NCBI GenBank assembly: GCA_043228905.1
Contig: JBHGNT010000017.1
Location: 5,084,001-5,148,000 of the forward strand
DNA length: 64,000 bases
Direction of reading: 5' to 3'
Origin: Azolla caroliniana
Taxonomy: Eukaryota; Plantae; Polypodiophyta
This document shows, piece after piece, positions 24,113-34,609 of this stretch (the stretch's first letter is position 1; each line of letters starts with the position of its first letter). Made by a program: the position numbers and the translations under genes. A model generated the notes under the pieces. It did no database searches. It was given only the letters and a program-made list of their open reading frames with translations, and was not told where the DNA came from.

Positions 24113-25440
24113 ATTAGCTCAGTTAGCAGAAAAGCTAATTAGCTTATCAGTTACATTTACCTCAGTTAGCTACTAGGATCGCTACTACATAGGTAACTAG
24201 CTACTCTCAATAGTTACTACCATGATAGCTAATTAGCTATTCTCAATAGCTAATTTAGGTACTACCAGATAATTAGCTGTACTGCTAGCTAGTTAGCTAT
24301 CATGGTAGCTAGTTAGCTATTTCGTTATTACCAGCTAATTAGCTACTAGGAAAGCTAATTAGCTACCATGATAGCTAATTAGCTACTATGATAGCTACTA
24401 CATAGGTAACTGGCTACTCTCAATAGCTACTACCATGATAGCTAATTAGTTAGGATAGCTAATTAGCCACCATTATAGCTAATTAGCTACTAGACCAGCT
24501 AATTAGCTACCATGATAGCTAATTAGTTACTAGGACAGCTAATTAGCCACCGTGATAGCTAATTAGCTACCATGATAGCTAATTAGCTACTAGACCAGCT
24601 AATTAGCTACCATGATAGCTAATTAGTTACTAGGAAAGCTAATCAGCCACCATTATAGCTAATTAGCTACTAGACCAGCTAATTAGCTACCATGATAGCT
24701 AATTAGCTACTAGACCAGCTAATTAGCTACCATGATAGCTAATTAGCTACTAGACCAGCTAATTAGCTACCATGATAGCTAATTAGTTACTAGGAAAGCT
24801 AATTAGCCACCATGATAGCTAATTAGCTACTAGACCAGCTAATTAGCTACCATGATAGCTAATTAGTTACTAGGAAAGCTAATTAGCCACCATGATAGCT
24901 AATTAGCTACTAGAGCAGCTAATTAGCTACCATGATAGCTAATTAGCTACTAGGACAACTAATTAGCTACTAGGACAGCTAATTAGCTACCATGATAGCT
25001 AATTAGCTACTAGAATAGCTAATTAGCTACTAGAATAGCTAATTAGCTACCATGATAGCTAATTAGCTACTACGACAGCTAATTAGCTACCATGATAGCT
25101 AATTAGCTACTAGGACAACCAATTAGCTACTAGGACAGCTAATTAGCTACCATGATAGCTAATTAGCTACTACGACAGCTAATTAGCTACCATGATAGCT
25201 AATTAGCTACTAGAATAGCTAATAAGCTACCATGATAGCTAATTAGCTACTACGACAGCTAATTAACTACCATGATAGCTAATTAGCTACTAGGACAACT
25301 AATTAGCTACTAGGACAGCTAATTAGCTACCATGATAGCTAATTAGCTACTAGAATAGCTAACTAGCTACTAGAATAGCTAACTAGCTACTAGAATAGCT
25401 AATTAGCTACTAGGATAGTTAGCTAGTTACAAGAATAACT
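24113..25440. repeat. Array of the palindrome TAGCTAATTAGCTA (~20-bp units, 40-bp higher order) filling transposase intron 24065-25460
   Basis: Alternating AATTAGCTACCATGATAGCT / AATTAGCTACTAGACCAGCT-type units. Confidence 0.95.
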
Positions 25441-25460
25441 AATTCCCCTTTATTACGCAG

Positions 25461-27302
25461 GTCGATTTATTTATTAGGTTCAAACGAATGCATCCAACTA
25501 TCAAAGTTCAACTACGAACATTCGAGTCTCTTAAGCCACACTTTGTGAGACGCTTAAAGGATCGATACACATGTTGTTGCATTTACCATGTACAGATGGG
25601 TTTTCTGAAGGACTCTGTTAATCTACTACGTCACCATAGTGCATCCCTAACTAATACAGTTTGCACATGTGGGTGCCCAATCCGTCGATCAAGCCCGCAA
25701 GAGGAGTGTAAATCATCTGAGCACGTTATCTCTTCCATGAGTTATTTATTAGATTCAATATTGTGTCCGAGAGAAACTGACGCTATCTTCCATATTCATA
25801 AATGTGTCATGGGTTTATGTCAAGATTGTGGCCCTACTAGATTTAGGTGGTGTCCAAATGAATTGAGTAGTGAAATATTGATCTCTGTGAAGTTATTTGA
25901 GTCAGTGAACACCAATTTCGAAGGAAAGGTGTGTAAAAGAAAGGATCTAGTTCAGAAGATGCTTAAACCAAGGGATTTGGTGTCTCTGTTTGTAGTATCT
26001 CTAGGAAAGTTCATTAAACACAACTTCATTTATTCATGGCAGGCCCATCAGTTTAAGACTTGCATATCTGATTTCCCAAATGATGTAGTAGTCTCAGTAG
26101 TAGATTTCGCAGAGAATTATACTTTCAAGCAGCAGAATGAAATTCAATCTATGCATTGGTGTTCAGTTCAGGTAACCATTTTTGTGCACATAACATATTT
26201 TCGAGTTTCAGGTGATGTTAAAAAAGTAATTCATTTCTTTATTTCCGATGATAAGAAGCATGATACCTTGTTCGTCCAACACTGTTTTAAGTTACATTGG
26301 CAGTGGTTATTAGCTCAACGTTTGGAGCTTACTCAACATTGGGTCTGGTCTGACGGAGCTGCGTCACAATTCAAGGCTCGACGTCCATTTTATTTTGTGG
26401 GGAGGTATCCTGCTATAACAGGTTTGGAGATGAGATGGAATTTTTTTGGGTCTGGCCATGGTAAAGGTGAACATGATGGTGCAGGGGCTGTTATAAAGCG
26501 GGCACTTACCCATGAACAACTAAAGACAGATGGTGTGCACATGAATTGTGCATCACATGTAGTTGAATTTTTAAGAACAAATATGTCGACGAGTGCCACA
26601 GGTGTTTATTCCTCGCAAGTTCGAGATATCAAACGTGAATTTTGGGAAGTGAAGATAGATGAAGTAAATAGGGAGAAGACCTGGGAGTGCCAAGGAATTC
26701 CCGAATTGCGATCTCTGCATGCTGTTCGCGGTTATTCCAGGTTGGATGGTCATTGTATTGCGGTTAGAGAATTGACTTGTTTTTGCTTCCATTGTGTGCA
26801 GGGAAATTGGAGATATTGTCTAAACAAAGCATACATTCAGAATTGGGAGTATCACACTCTGAATGATAAGGAAGCAGTTGATGGAGAAACAGGGCAGAAT
26901 GCTGACTTCACATATGAGGGACTTGGAGATACTTTGAGTGATGTCCTGAACGTTGGGGATAACTTCGCTGTAAATGCTGAAGAAGGCAATTCAGAGGGTG
27001 CTGATTTCTATATATTAAAGTGCACGGTTAGTAAACAGTGTGCAAGGCAGAATATTGTAGATGCATGGGGAAATTTTGTATCTGCCGAGACATTCTACAT
27101 CGAAGGCATTTTTTATGCAAAACTAGATGACTACGAATATGTGTACAGGCTGTTAGAAGACAAACCAGCGGCGTATATGTACTCTCATTTGGTCAGATGC
27201 ATCAACGTCCCAATGTCAGAATACAATAGCTGCTCCGGTTTATACACTGTTGGTGCTAATGTGTATGAATGTATTTACAATAGTATGCCATGGAATTTGT
27301 AG
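25461..27302 (+). CDS. Sola2-like transposase, exon 2 (Cys-rich region, DDD catalytic core, C-terminal Cys cluster); spliced protein about 863 aa
   Basis: TTATTACGCAG| acceptor is in frame. Motifs VVDFAENY..EIQSMHW..QVT, ISDDKKHD, WSDGAASQFK, FFGSGHGKGEHDG and CFCFHC. No internal stops. Confidence 0.85.
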   Translation, partial: VDLFIRFKRMHPTIKVQLRTFESLKPHFVRRLKDRYTCCCIYHVQMGFLKDSVNLLRHHSASLTNTVCTCGCPIRRSSPQEECKSSEHVISSMSYLLDSILCPRETDAIFHIHKCVMGLCQDCGPTRFRWCPNELSSEILISVKLFESVNTNFEGKVCKRKDLVQKMLKPRDLVSLFVVSLGKFIKHNFIYSWQAHQFKTCISDFPNDVVVSVVDFAENYTFKQQNEIQSMHWCSVQVTIFVHITYFRVSGDVKKVIHFFISDDKKHDTLFVQHCFKLHWQWLLAQRLELTQHWVWSDGAASQFKARRPFYFVGRYPAITGLEMRWNFFGSGHGKGEHDGAGAVIKRALTHEQLKTDGVHMNCASHVVEFLRTNMSTSATGVYSSQVRDIKREFWEVKIDEVNREKTWECQGIPELRSLHAVRGYSRLDGHCIAVRELTCFCFHCVQGNWRYCLNKAYIQNWEYHTLNDKEAVDGETGQNADFTYEGLGDTLSDVLNVGDNFAVNAEEGNSEGADFYILKCTVSKQCARQNIVDAWGNFVSAETFYIEGIFYAKLDDYEYVYRLLEDKPAAYMYSHLVRCINVPMSEYNSCSGLYTVGANVYECIYNSMPWNL

Positions 27303-27774
27303 CTACAAGTAGCACTTACCATGTTCTCTTGTAAAACAAACATGTATTTCGCGAAAACAGATCAATAAATTCGTTTGGAATCAATTTCTTGTATACAGTC
27401 TGCTTTCTGTGCTTCTTTCTCAATAAAATCATGTCTTTTTTGTTAAGTTTTAAGTTATAAGTTATAGCGAAATAATCATCAGTAGCTAATTAGTTGTACA
27501 AATGCAGCTAATTAGCTGTACAAATGTATTTACAATAGTATGCCATGGAATTTGTAGCTACAAGTAGCACTTACCATGTTCTCTTGTAAAACAAACATGT
27601 ATTTCGCGAAAACAGATCAATAAATTCGTTTGGAATCAATTTCTTGTATACAGTCTGCTTTCTGTGCTTCTTTCTCAATAAAATCATGTCTTTTTTGTTA
27701 AGTTTTAAGTTATAAGTTATAGCGAAATAGTCATCAGTAGCTAATTAGCTGTACAAATGCAGCTAATTAGCTGT
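27268..27774. repeat. 255-bp tandem duplication of the transposase stop/3' UTR region
   Basis: AATGTATTTACAATAGTATGCCATGG... at 27268 and at 27523. Confidence 0.9.
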
Positions 27775-27904
27775 CAATAGCTAAATAGTCATCAATAGAA
27801 TGAAATCAACAATCTGCAACATATTCCTCAAATTACACAGTAGATAAGTACAGTGGGAACAAGTAATTAAATTCTTCATTGAATAATGTCATCTCTTTAC
27901 ATAT

Positions 27905-28920
27905 TTATAAATTACCATTGGAAATGTCTACAAATCTCCTATAAACAGCTAAGCTCTTGCTAGTCAGTGGAACGAGTCTACATATATTATCCGCATATTG
28001 AGCTCGGTATGGAGTCCACAACCATGCACCTAGTTGGCAGCTCACTGTTTGCACCAGGTACTGTTCAGGCATTTCCTCGGGTAGAATGAGACAGCATCTC
28101 CGAATATTGAAGTAGTGTCGGAAATGTTCTGTATCCAAAATCAATGTATTGTCGGCATTATATTCAGGCCAAGTAGCCCAAAAATCAGAAAGTCTCTTGA
28201 ATCTTGCAGCTTCCATTTGCTCACAATTTTCTCGTGCCCATTGACCTTTAAAACGACTTCGCCATTTTGGGAAGAATCTTGCCAAACACTTCCACACATC
28301 TGATTTTGGTTTTTCACTCCAAATAAACAAATCAAAGTATTCCACAGCCCACTCTAGAAACTGATTTGCGTCCCTCCTTGGCTGCATATATCTCACACTC
28401 ATCAAGACTTTATCAAGCTCCAAGATCAAGGCTCTTCTTTCGACTTCTAGTGGTTTAGGTTTCCATTCCTGAAACTGAGCCGCTGTTACACCATTTTCTG
28501 GTAGGATACGATCAATCTCAATCAGCTCAGGTTCGGCTGACACAACTGGTGTCCTTTTCCTCTTTAAACCCCTAGTCGACTGTGTTGGGCCTAGCTTCAC
28601 ATTCTGGTGCTCTTGTTTTGTCGACTTAGTTATCAATCCTTGGATTACCTCAGTGCATGTAGCTACTGTTCTGCTCGATATCAGTCCACTGGTATCACAT
28701 GCTGCATCTACCTGCAACACCAAGTCATCCGTGCTACATGCTGCATCTACCTGCAACACCAAGTCATCCGTGCTACATGCTTGATCAACTTGTGTGACCA
28801 GATCACTTGTGTCAGTTGCTACATCTACTTTCAAGATGGGGCCCTTTAAACATGCCGCAACATCAACAGTATCCACACTGCCATTGGCCTTACGAGCAAT
28901 AGAATCAAACCCTTTAGACT
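27905..28920 (-). CDS. Transposon second gene, alternative last exon B: 13-aa repeats, basic NLS-like patch, FCP1/NIF (HAD-like) domain with degenerate catalytic motif
   Basis: TTTTCTGATGTTGCAG| acceptor (phase 1). Pattern ALILELDKVL..RRDANQFLEW..FDLFIWS..W..ENC..KRL..FW..YNADNTLILD..N..P resembles the FCP1/NIF family. VDAACSTDDLVLQ repeats and LKRKRTP precede it. Confidence 0.65.
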
Positions 28921-29169
28921 CTGCAACATCAGAAAACACCAACATATTCACACTCACAAAGTAACTAATAGTCTCACAAAACAATATCCTGAACATCAAA
29001 GAGTTTCAGTCATAGAACAACACTCTTCAAATTATCTTGGAAAAACATCATAGAGTTCCATTACATAATGTGGATCAAGCAACAACCAATCTGAGGTTTT
29101 ACTTGTCCAACAGGATAGTAAAACTTCATAAAACCCTAGCAAAATCCCTAAGCTAACAATCATATCCAA

Positions 29170-29705
29170 CTAAACAGTATTTCGCTCCACTACGTCTGGG
29201 CCCCTTGACCGAGTAACTGGTCTTGTTCCCGATCGTGGCCCCTTCTTCAGCCTTTTTCTGGTTGGTTCCCCATTTAGCCTTGCTTCTAGGACCCAATGCG
29301 CAAGTGTGTCCTCCTCCGACAACCTTCCCATCGCCTCAGCAGCTAATTGCACATCAGCCGTTTCTTGAACTAGCTTTTCAAGTACAGAGGGATCTGTTTG
29401 GACATTTTCAGTAGTTGGGCTCGGTGGGGTGGAATCAAGGTCTTGAGACTCGAAGAAATGTTGCATCAAGTGTTCATAAACACTGTTGTTGTGAACCTCA
29501 GTTTTACATGTTGTTTCCACTATTTCATGGCATTTCACATCGTTGCCTAATTCAGTACACTGTTCCAAAAGAATAGGGTGCAGCTGATCTGAAGGAGATG
29601 TGATAGCAGGACTCTTACTTTCAGCCACATTGGCAGTAGTATCCTCATCTGTTGCAGCATCATCAGCACCAGACACATCATGTGCCGTCCTTAATCCACA
29701 AGATT
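29170..29705 (-). CDS. Transposon second gene, alternative last exon A: acidic/disordered tail with basic NLS-like end
   Basis: TGTTATTGTAG| acceptor in phase 1, joining T-E-SCG into ORF 29170-29676; contains PTRKRLKK. Confidence 0.65.
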
Positions 29706-29727
29706 CTACAATAACATGACAGTTATT

Positions 29728-31462
29728 TAGGATAGCTAATTAGCTACTTTACTAAACTATGGTAGAAGCTAGGATAGCTAATTAGCTAGTACGATAGCTA
29801 ATTAGCTAGTATGATAGCTAATTAGGTACTTTACTCAACTATGGTAGTAGTTAGGATAGCTAATTAGGTACTTTACTTAACTATGGTAGTAGTTAGGATA
29901 GCTTATTAGCTACTAGGACAGCTAATTAGCTGCCAGTAGCTAATTAGCTACTAGGATAGCTAATTAGCTGCCAGTAGCTAATTAGCTACTAGGATAGCTT
30001 ATTAGCTACTTTACACAACTATGGCAGTAGCTACTAGGATAGCTAATTCGCTAGGATAGCTAATTCGCTAGTAGGATAGCTAATTAGTTGCCAGCAGCTA
30101 ATTAGCTAGTAGGATAGCTAATTAGCTACTAGGATAGCTAATTAGTTGCCAGTAGCTAATTAGCTAGTAGGATAGCTAATTAGGTACTTTACTCAACTAT
30201 GGTAGTAGCTAATTAGCTAGTAGGATAGCTAATTAGGTACTTTACTCAACTATGGTAGTAGCTAATTAGCTAGTAGGATAGCTAATTAGCTACTAGGATA
30301 GCTAATTAGCTGCTAGTAGCTAATTAGCTACTAGGATAGCTTATTAGCTACTTTACACAACTATGGCAGTAGCTAATTAGTTACTAGGATAGCTAATTAG
30401 TTGCCAGTGGCTAATTAGCTAGTAGGATACCTAATTAGCTTTTTTACACAACTATAGTACTAGCTAATTAGCTAGTACCATAGCTAATTACCTACTAGGA
30501 TAGCTAATTAGCTAGTAGGATAGCTTATTAGCTACTTTACACAACTATAGTAGTAGCTAGGATAGCTAATTAGCTACTATGGTAGCTAATTAGCTACTTT
30601 ACTCAACTATGGTAGTAGCTAGGATAGCTAATTAGCTACTTTACTAACTATGGTAGTAGCTAGGATAGCTAATTAGCTACTTTACTAACTATGGTGGTAG
30701 CTAGGATAGCTAATTAGCTACAATGAAAGCTAATTAGCTACTTTCTCAACTATGTAGTAGCTAGGATAGCTTATTAGCTACTAGGACAGCTAATTAGCTG
30801 CCAGTAGCTAATTAGCTACTAGGATAGCTTATTAGCTACTTTACACAACTATGTCAGTAGCTAATTAGCTACTATGATAGCTAATTAGCTAGTAGGATAG
30901 CTAATTAGTTGCCAGTAGCTAATTAGCTAGTAGGATAGCTAATTAGCTTTTTTACACAACTATGGTACAAGCTAATTAGCTAATACCATAGCTAACTAGC
31001 TACTAGGATAGCTTATTAGCTACTTTACACAACTATGTCAGTAGCTAATTAGCTACTATGATAGCTAATTAGCTAGTAGGATAGCTAATTAGCTAGTAGG
31101 ATAGCTAATTAGTTGCCAGTAGCTAATTAGCTAGTAGGATAGCTAATTAGCTTTTTTACACAACTATGGTACTAGCTAATTAGCTAGTACCATAGCTAAC
31201 TAGCTACTAGGATAGCTTATTAGCTACTTTACACAACTATGGCAGTAGCTAATTAGTTACTAGGATAGCTAATTAGTTGCCAGTGGCTAATTAGCTAGTA
31301 GGATAGCTATTTAGCTTTTTTACACAACTATGGTACTAGCTAATTAGCTAGTACCATAGCTAATTAGCTACTAGGATAGCTAATTAGCTAGTAGCTCATT
31401 AGCTGCCAGTAGCTAATTAGCTAGTAGGATAGCTAATTAGAAAAGACTAAGCTTATTAGCTA
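29728..31462. repeat. Second TAGCTAATTAGCTA palindrome array, filling intron 29706-31475 of the second gene
   Basis: Dozens of GATAGCTAATTAGCTA(C/G)TAG units interspersed with TTTACACAACTATGG. Confidence 0.95.
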
Positions 31463-31475
31463 CAGTATGGTATAC

Positions 31476-31809
31476 CTGTTTGTTTTCTCCACTCATTTGG
31501 TAGAGTTGTACTGCAATCTCCCAAACAGAATGCAGCAATTCGACAGGCATGTTGAAAACAAAGCAGATGGTATGTGTGGTTGCATGGTTGTAGGTGAACC
31601 AACAAAGACGCAGTTTTGTCCTCCACACCTAACCCGCAAGCGATGCAACGTGCTTGAACTGTCAATAAATCGTTTTCTGGTTCTACTTCATTTGGTAAGG
31701 GAGCAAGAATGTTCAGGTCCAAATCCTGTCTGGTCCTTACCATTCCCTCCACAAAATGTAGCTTCTTCTTAAGGCAGCTAACTACCTGTTCTTGATGAAT
31801 GTATTGTTC
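31476..31809 (-). CDS. Transposon second gene exon: end of coiled coil plus RING-H2 zinc finger
   Basis: CIAC-x17-CNHTYHLLC-x10-CLGDC; donor ACAG|GTATAC. The 5' acceptor position is approximate. Confidence 0.72.
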
Positions 31810-31893
31810 CTTCAACGCAACAGAGAAATTTACCGATTAATTATTCTTGTTGTTGAAAGATACACCAACTTTGCTCAGGAATCGTTAACTTAC

Positions 31894-32037
31894 TTGAAGC
31901 TTATCCAAATTGTAATCTGCAACAGTATTTACACCTAGAAGGTCCAGGTTCATTGAAAGAACCTGGATCTCTATTTGCAGTTCTATTTTACGCTGGGGAT
32001 CCAGTGGCCCCTCTAATTCAAGCTCCTGTTGCGCAAC
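31894..32037 (-). CDS. Transposon second gene exon (48 codons, coiled-coil-like VAQQELELE...LDKLQ)
   Basis: GAATAG| acceptor and CAA|GTAAGT donor, phase 0 on both sides, open frame. Confidence 0.7.
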
Positions 32038-32115
32038 CTATTCCAGATAATGCTTGATTAGCACATTTTACCCGTTATTTATAACACAATCACATACCAG
32101 CAAAACAATAGTTAC

Positions 32116-32797
32116 CTGAATCTTATTTCTAATTGTTGTAACAGCAGAAGTAACTTTGCTCTCCATTGCAGAAGCCATTGTGGCTTTCTCTAAATCAGTC
32201 TTAAAAAATGCCAATGTCTCACAGGCTTCATGGACATTTTTTAGCATATAGCTAACCAATGTCTCACCTGTATCATCGACATTGGCTTTCCTTGGGTGTC
32301 GGTGTGGTGTATGCCCCCGGTCTTGCTGGGAGTCGGCAATTGCATCAATAGCTGCCATGCTCCAAAATCTGTCTATTTTTTGTGCCAAGGTCCCCATCTT
32401 TCGGCATCTTTTTACCGATGCCTCACCATAGACTGCCCAAGCTACCCTATACATTTCAGGGTCTCTAGATTCCTTCGTTGTTTTGCAGTACTCATATGCA
32501 AATGCTCTAGCAAATGAAACTGACAACTCATTGTTGACTGGGATCTCCTGATGAACTTTCTGGTGCAGTCTCATGCAGTCATCGTACAAGTCGGCTCGTA
32601 CATGCTTCAGCTTGACCTTGCCTTTGACTCTAGGCACTGTATATACTGTCATCCAGTCTATATCACTGATCAATTTATCACTTAGGACAGCAGGGTCAAC
32701 ACCCTCGAGTGACAGACCATAGGTGTTGTGGAAGTCCTCCTTTGTCTCGCAAAATTTTGCGAAGTTTAGCACTCTCGTATACGGAGGAACGAGCCAT
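32116..32797 (-). CDS. Transposon second gene exon (unrecognised N-terminal domain)
   Basis: ATTTCAG| acceptor and CAG|GTAACT donor; overlaps the 234-aa ORF 32068-32772. Confidence 0.7.
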
Positions 32798-32899
32798 CTG
32801 AAATATCATTTCAGAAATCAGAAATAGTGCAAAATCAGAATATGTGAGAATCAAAAACCCCAATCAACAACAACAAAAATGGTGCAAAATCTTTAACTT

Positions 32900-33312
32900 A
32901 GCAAATCAGAAACCCTAATCATAATTTGTATTCAGAAATTTGAAATCAGAAACCCTAATCAAAATCTGTAATCAGAAGTTTGAAATCAGAAACCCTAATC
33001 AAAATCTGTAATCAGAAGTTTGTAACCAGAAACCTTATTCAGAAATTCTAATCAGAAATTTATAATCAAAAACCCTAATCAGAAATTTCAATCAAAAACC
33101 CTAATAAAAAATTTCAATCACAAACCCTAATCAGAAATCCTAAGCAGAAATTTATAAACAAAAACCCTATTCAGAAATTCTAATTTGTAATCAAAATTTG
33201 TAACCAAAAACCCTATTCAGAAATTCTAATCAGAAATTTATAATCAAAAACCCTAATCAGAAATTTCAATCACAAACCCTAATCAGAAATTTCAATCACA
33301 AACCCTAATCAC
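32900..33312. repeat. AAACCCTAATCAG(AAA) array (telo-box-like) in intron 32798-33353
   Basis: Repeated AAACCCTAAT and ATCAGAAATT motifs. Confidence 0.88.
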
Positions 33313-33353
33313 TAAAGACAGGATTAAACACAAAAAAAGTAATATAAACACAC

Positions 33354-33382
33354 CTGTTGCTACTCCCCGATTTGCGAGACAT
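33354..33382 (-). CDS. Transposon second gene, first coding exon (MSRKSGSSNR)
   Basis: ATG at 33382 and AACAG|GTGTGT donor in phase 2, joining A-TGG of the next exon. An upstream 5' UTR intron is likely at 33411-33506. Confidence 0.55.
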
Positions 33383-33865
33383 CCTTGTATGGGACTCCAA
33401 GGACTTCGCCCTATTCGATTTTGGGGAAATATGAATCGGCACCAAAGTTCAGACAGTAGTCAAAAAGAAAAAACAAATATTTGGGGTTTCTGTAACTGAA
33501 ACATACCTGGACGATGATCGAGCGGGTTCTGTGTTGTAGCTCTCAATCTGCAATGTCGATTTTTTGCTGTTGCGGGAGCTACGTCTGCGTTCGTGCTCTG
33601 AGTACTCCATCTGCGTTCAAAATCAGACTTAGGCTAAACAGGAAATTGATGACATTGAAGTCGACCTTGGATGATGGTGATATTCCCCAAGTTCCACTAC
33701 GTCTGAAACAGAAGTTCAAATATTTGAGTTTTTTCATAAATTAGTTTTTCAAATATTTGATTTTCCCACAAAAAAGACTAGCTAAACAAATAGCTAATTA
33801 GCTATGGCCATTTTAGTAGCTAATTAGCTATAATAGTGTTTCCACTCGCATGCTTTTACCCGGAG

Positions 33866-34548
33866 ACATCGCGAAAGTAATTACGAGAATGGCAAGGGAT
33901 TTTGCAAGAAGGAGAGAAAGACGGGAAGAGGCATACAAGTACGATCGACGTGAGTTCGACCTATGGGTGTCGTCGGCAAAGGCTCCTCGAAGTGCAATGA
34001 AGGCATTCCGGGAGTTTGATCTCCGGTTTTCCCAACTTTCGGTCTGGGATCAAGAATCGGTGGGGGCGGACAAGGTCCCACTATTCTTGAAGTCGGTCAA
34101 CGAAAGGGGGAGAATGGCCATTTTTCCCTACCTCGAAGATGATGAAGGGGCGTACGGCCTCACCGAAGATTGGAACGAGGTGGAATGGGCGTGCATACAA
34201 TGCGATGAGAGGCGGTCAGCCACAACGCGGCCCGCCAGCGGCGGAGAAGAGAGAGCGGCGACCGACTACGCACTATTGCCGGAAGAGAGCTCAACGCAAA
34301 TCGGTTTGGAGGAGCTCGACATCGAAGCCTTGGTGCGGGAAGCATACGAGATCGTAGAGGCACAAGTCAAAGCCAAAGAAGGGCTTATTGCGGAGTCGGG
34401 CCCGAGCAGATCGGAGGATGAGGAGGCCGAAAGAGAATGGTACATCGGTACCACGGAGAGGGTGCGGAGCGAGCCACCCTCTCGACATGCGGAGAAAGAT
34501 CGACCGAGGACGAGGTCAGGGACGGTGAGGCGGCGATCGCCGGTTTGA
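33866..34548 (+). pseudogene. Gag-like ORF of element C, interrupted at codon 4-5 by the DNA transposon
   Basis: DKVPLFLKSV...GLTEDW is shared with the gag fragments of elements A and B. Confidence 0.7.
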
Positions 34549-34609
34549 GCGGACATGAGGGAGTTCGGGCATGGAGGCCTGAAACATAGAGCGGGGAGAA
34601 GACGGGCGG

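Larger units (their letters stand above)
21892..33861 (+). mobile_element. Full-length cut-and-paste DNA transposon, Sola2-like, carrying a second gene
   Basis: 25-bp TIRs GGGT(G/A)AAAGCATGCGAGTGGAAACA at 21892-21916 and 33837-33861, and a 4-bp TSD GGAG at 21888-21891 and 33862-33865. Excision restores the host ORF ATG GAA GAC GGA GAC ATC GCG (MEDGDIA...). Transposase motifs are of Sola2 type. Confidence 0.9.
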
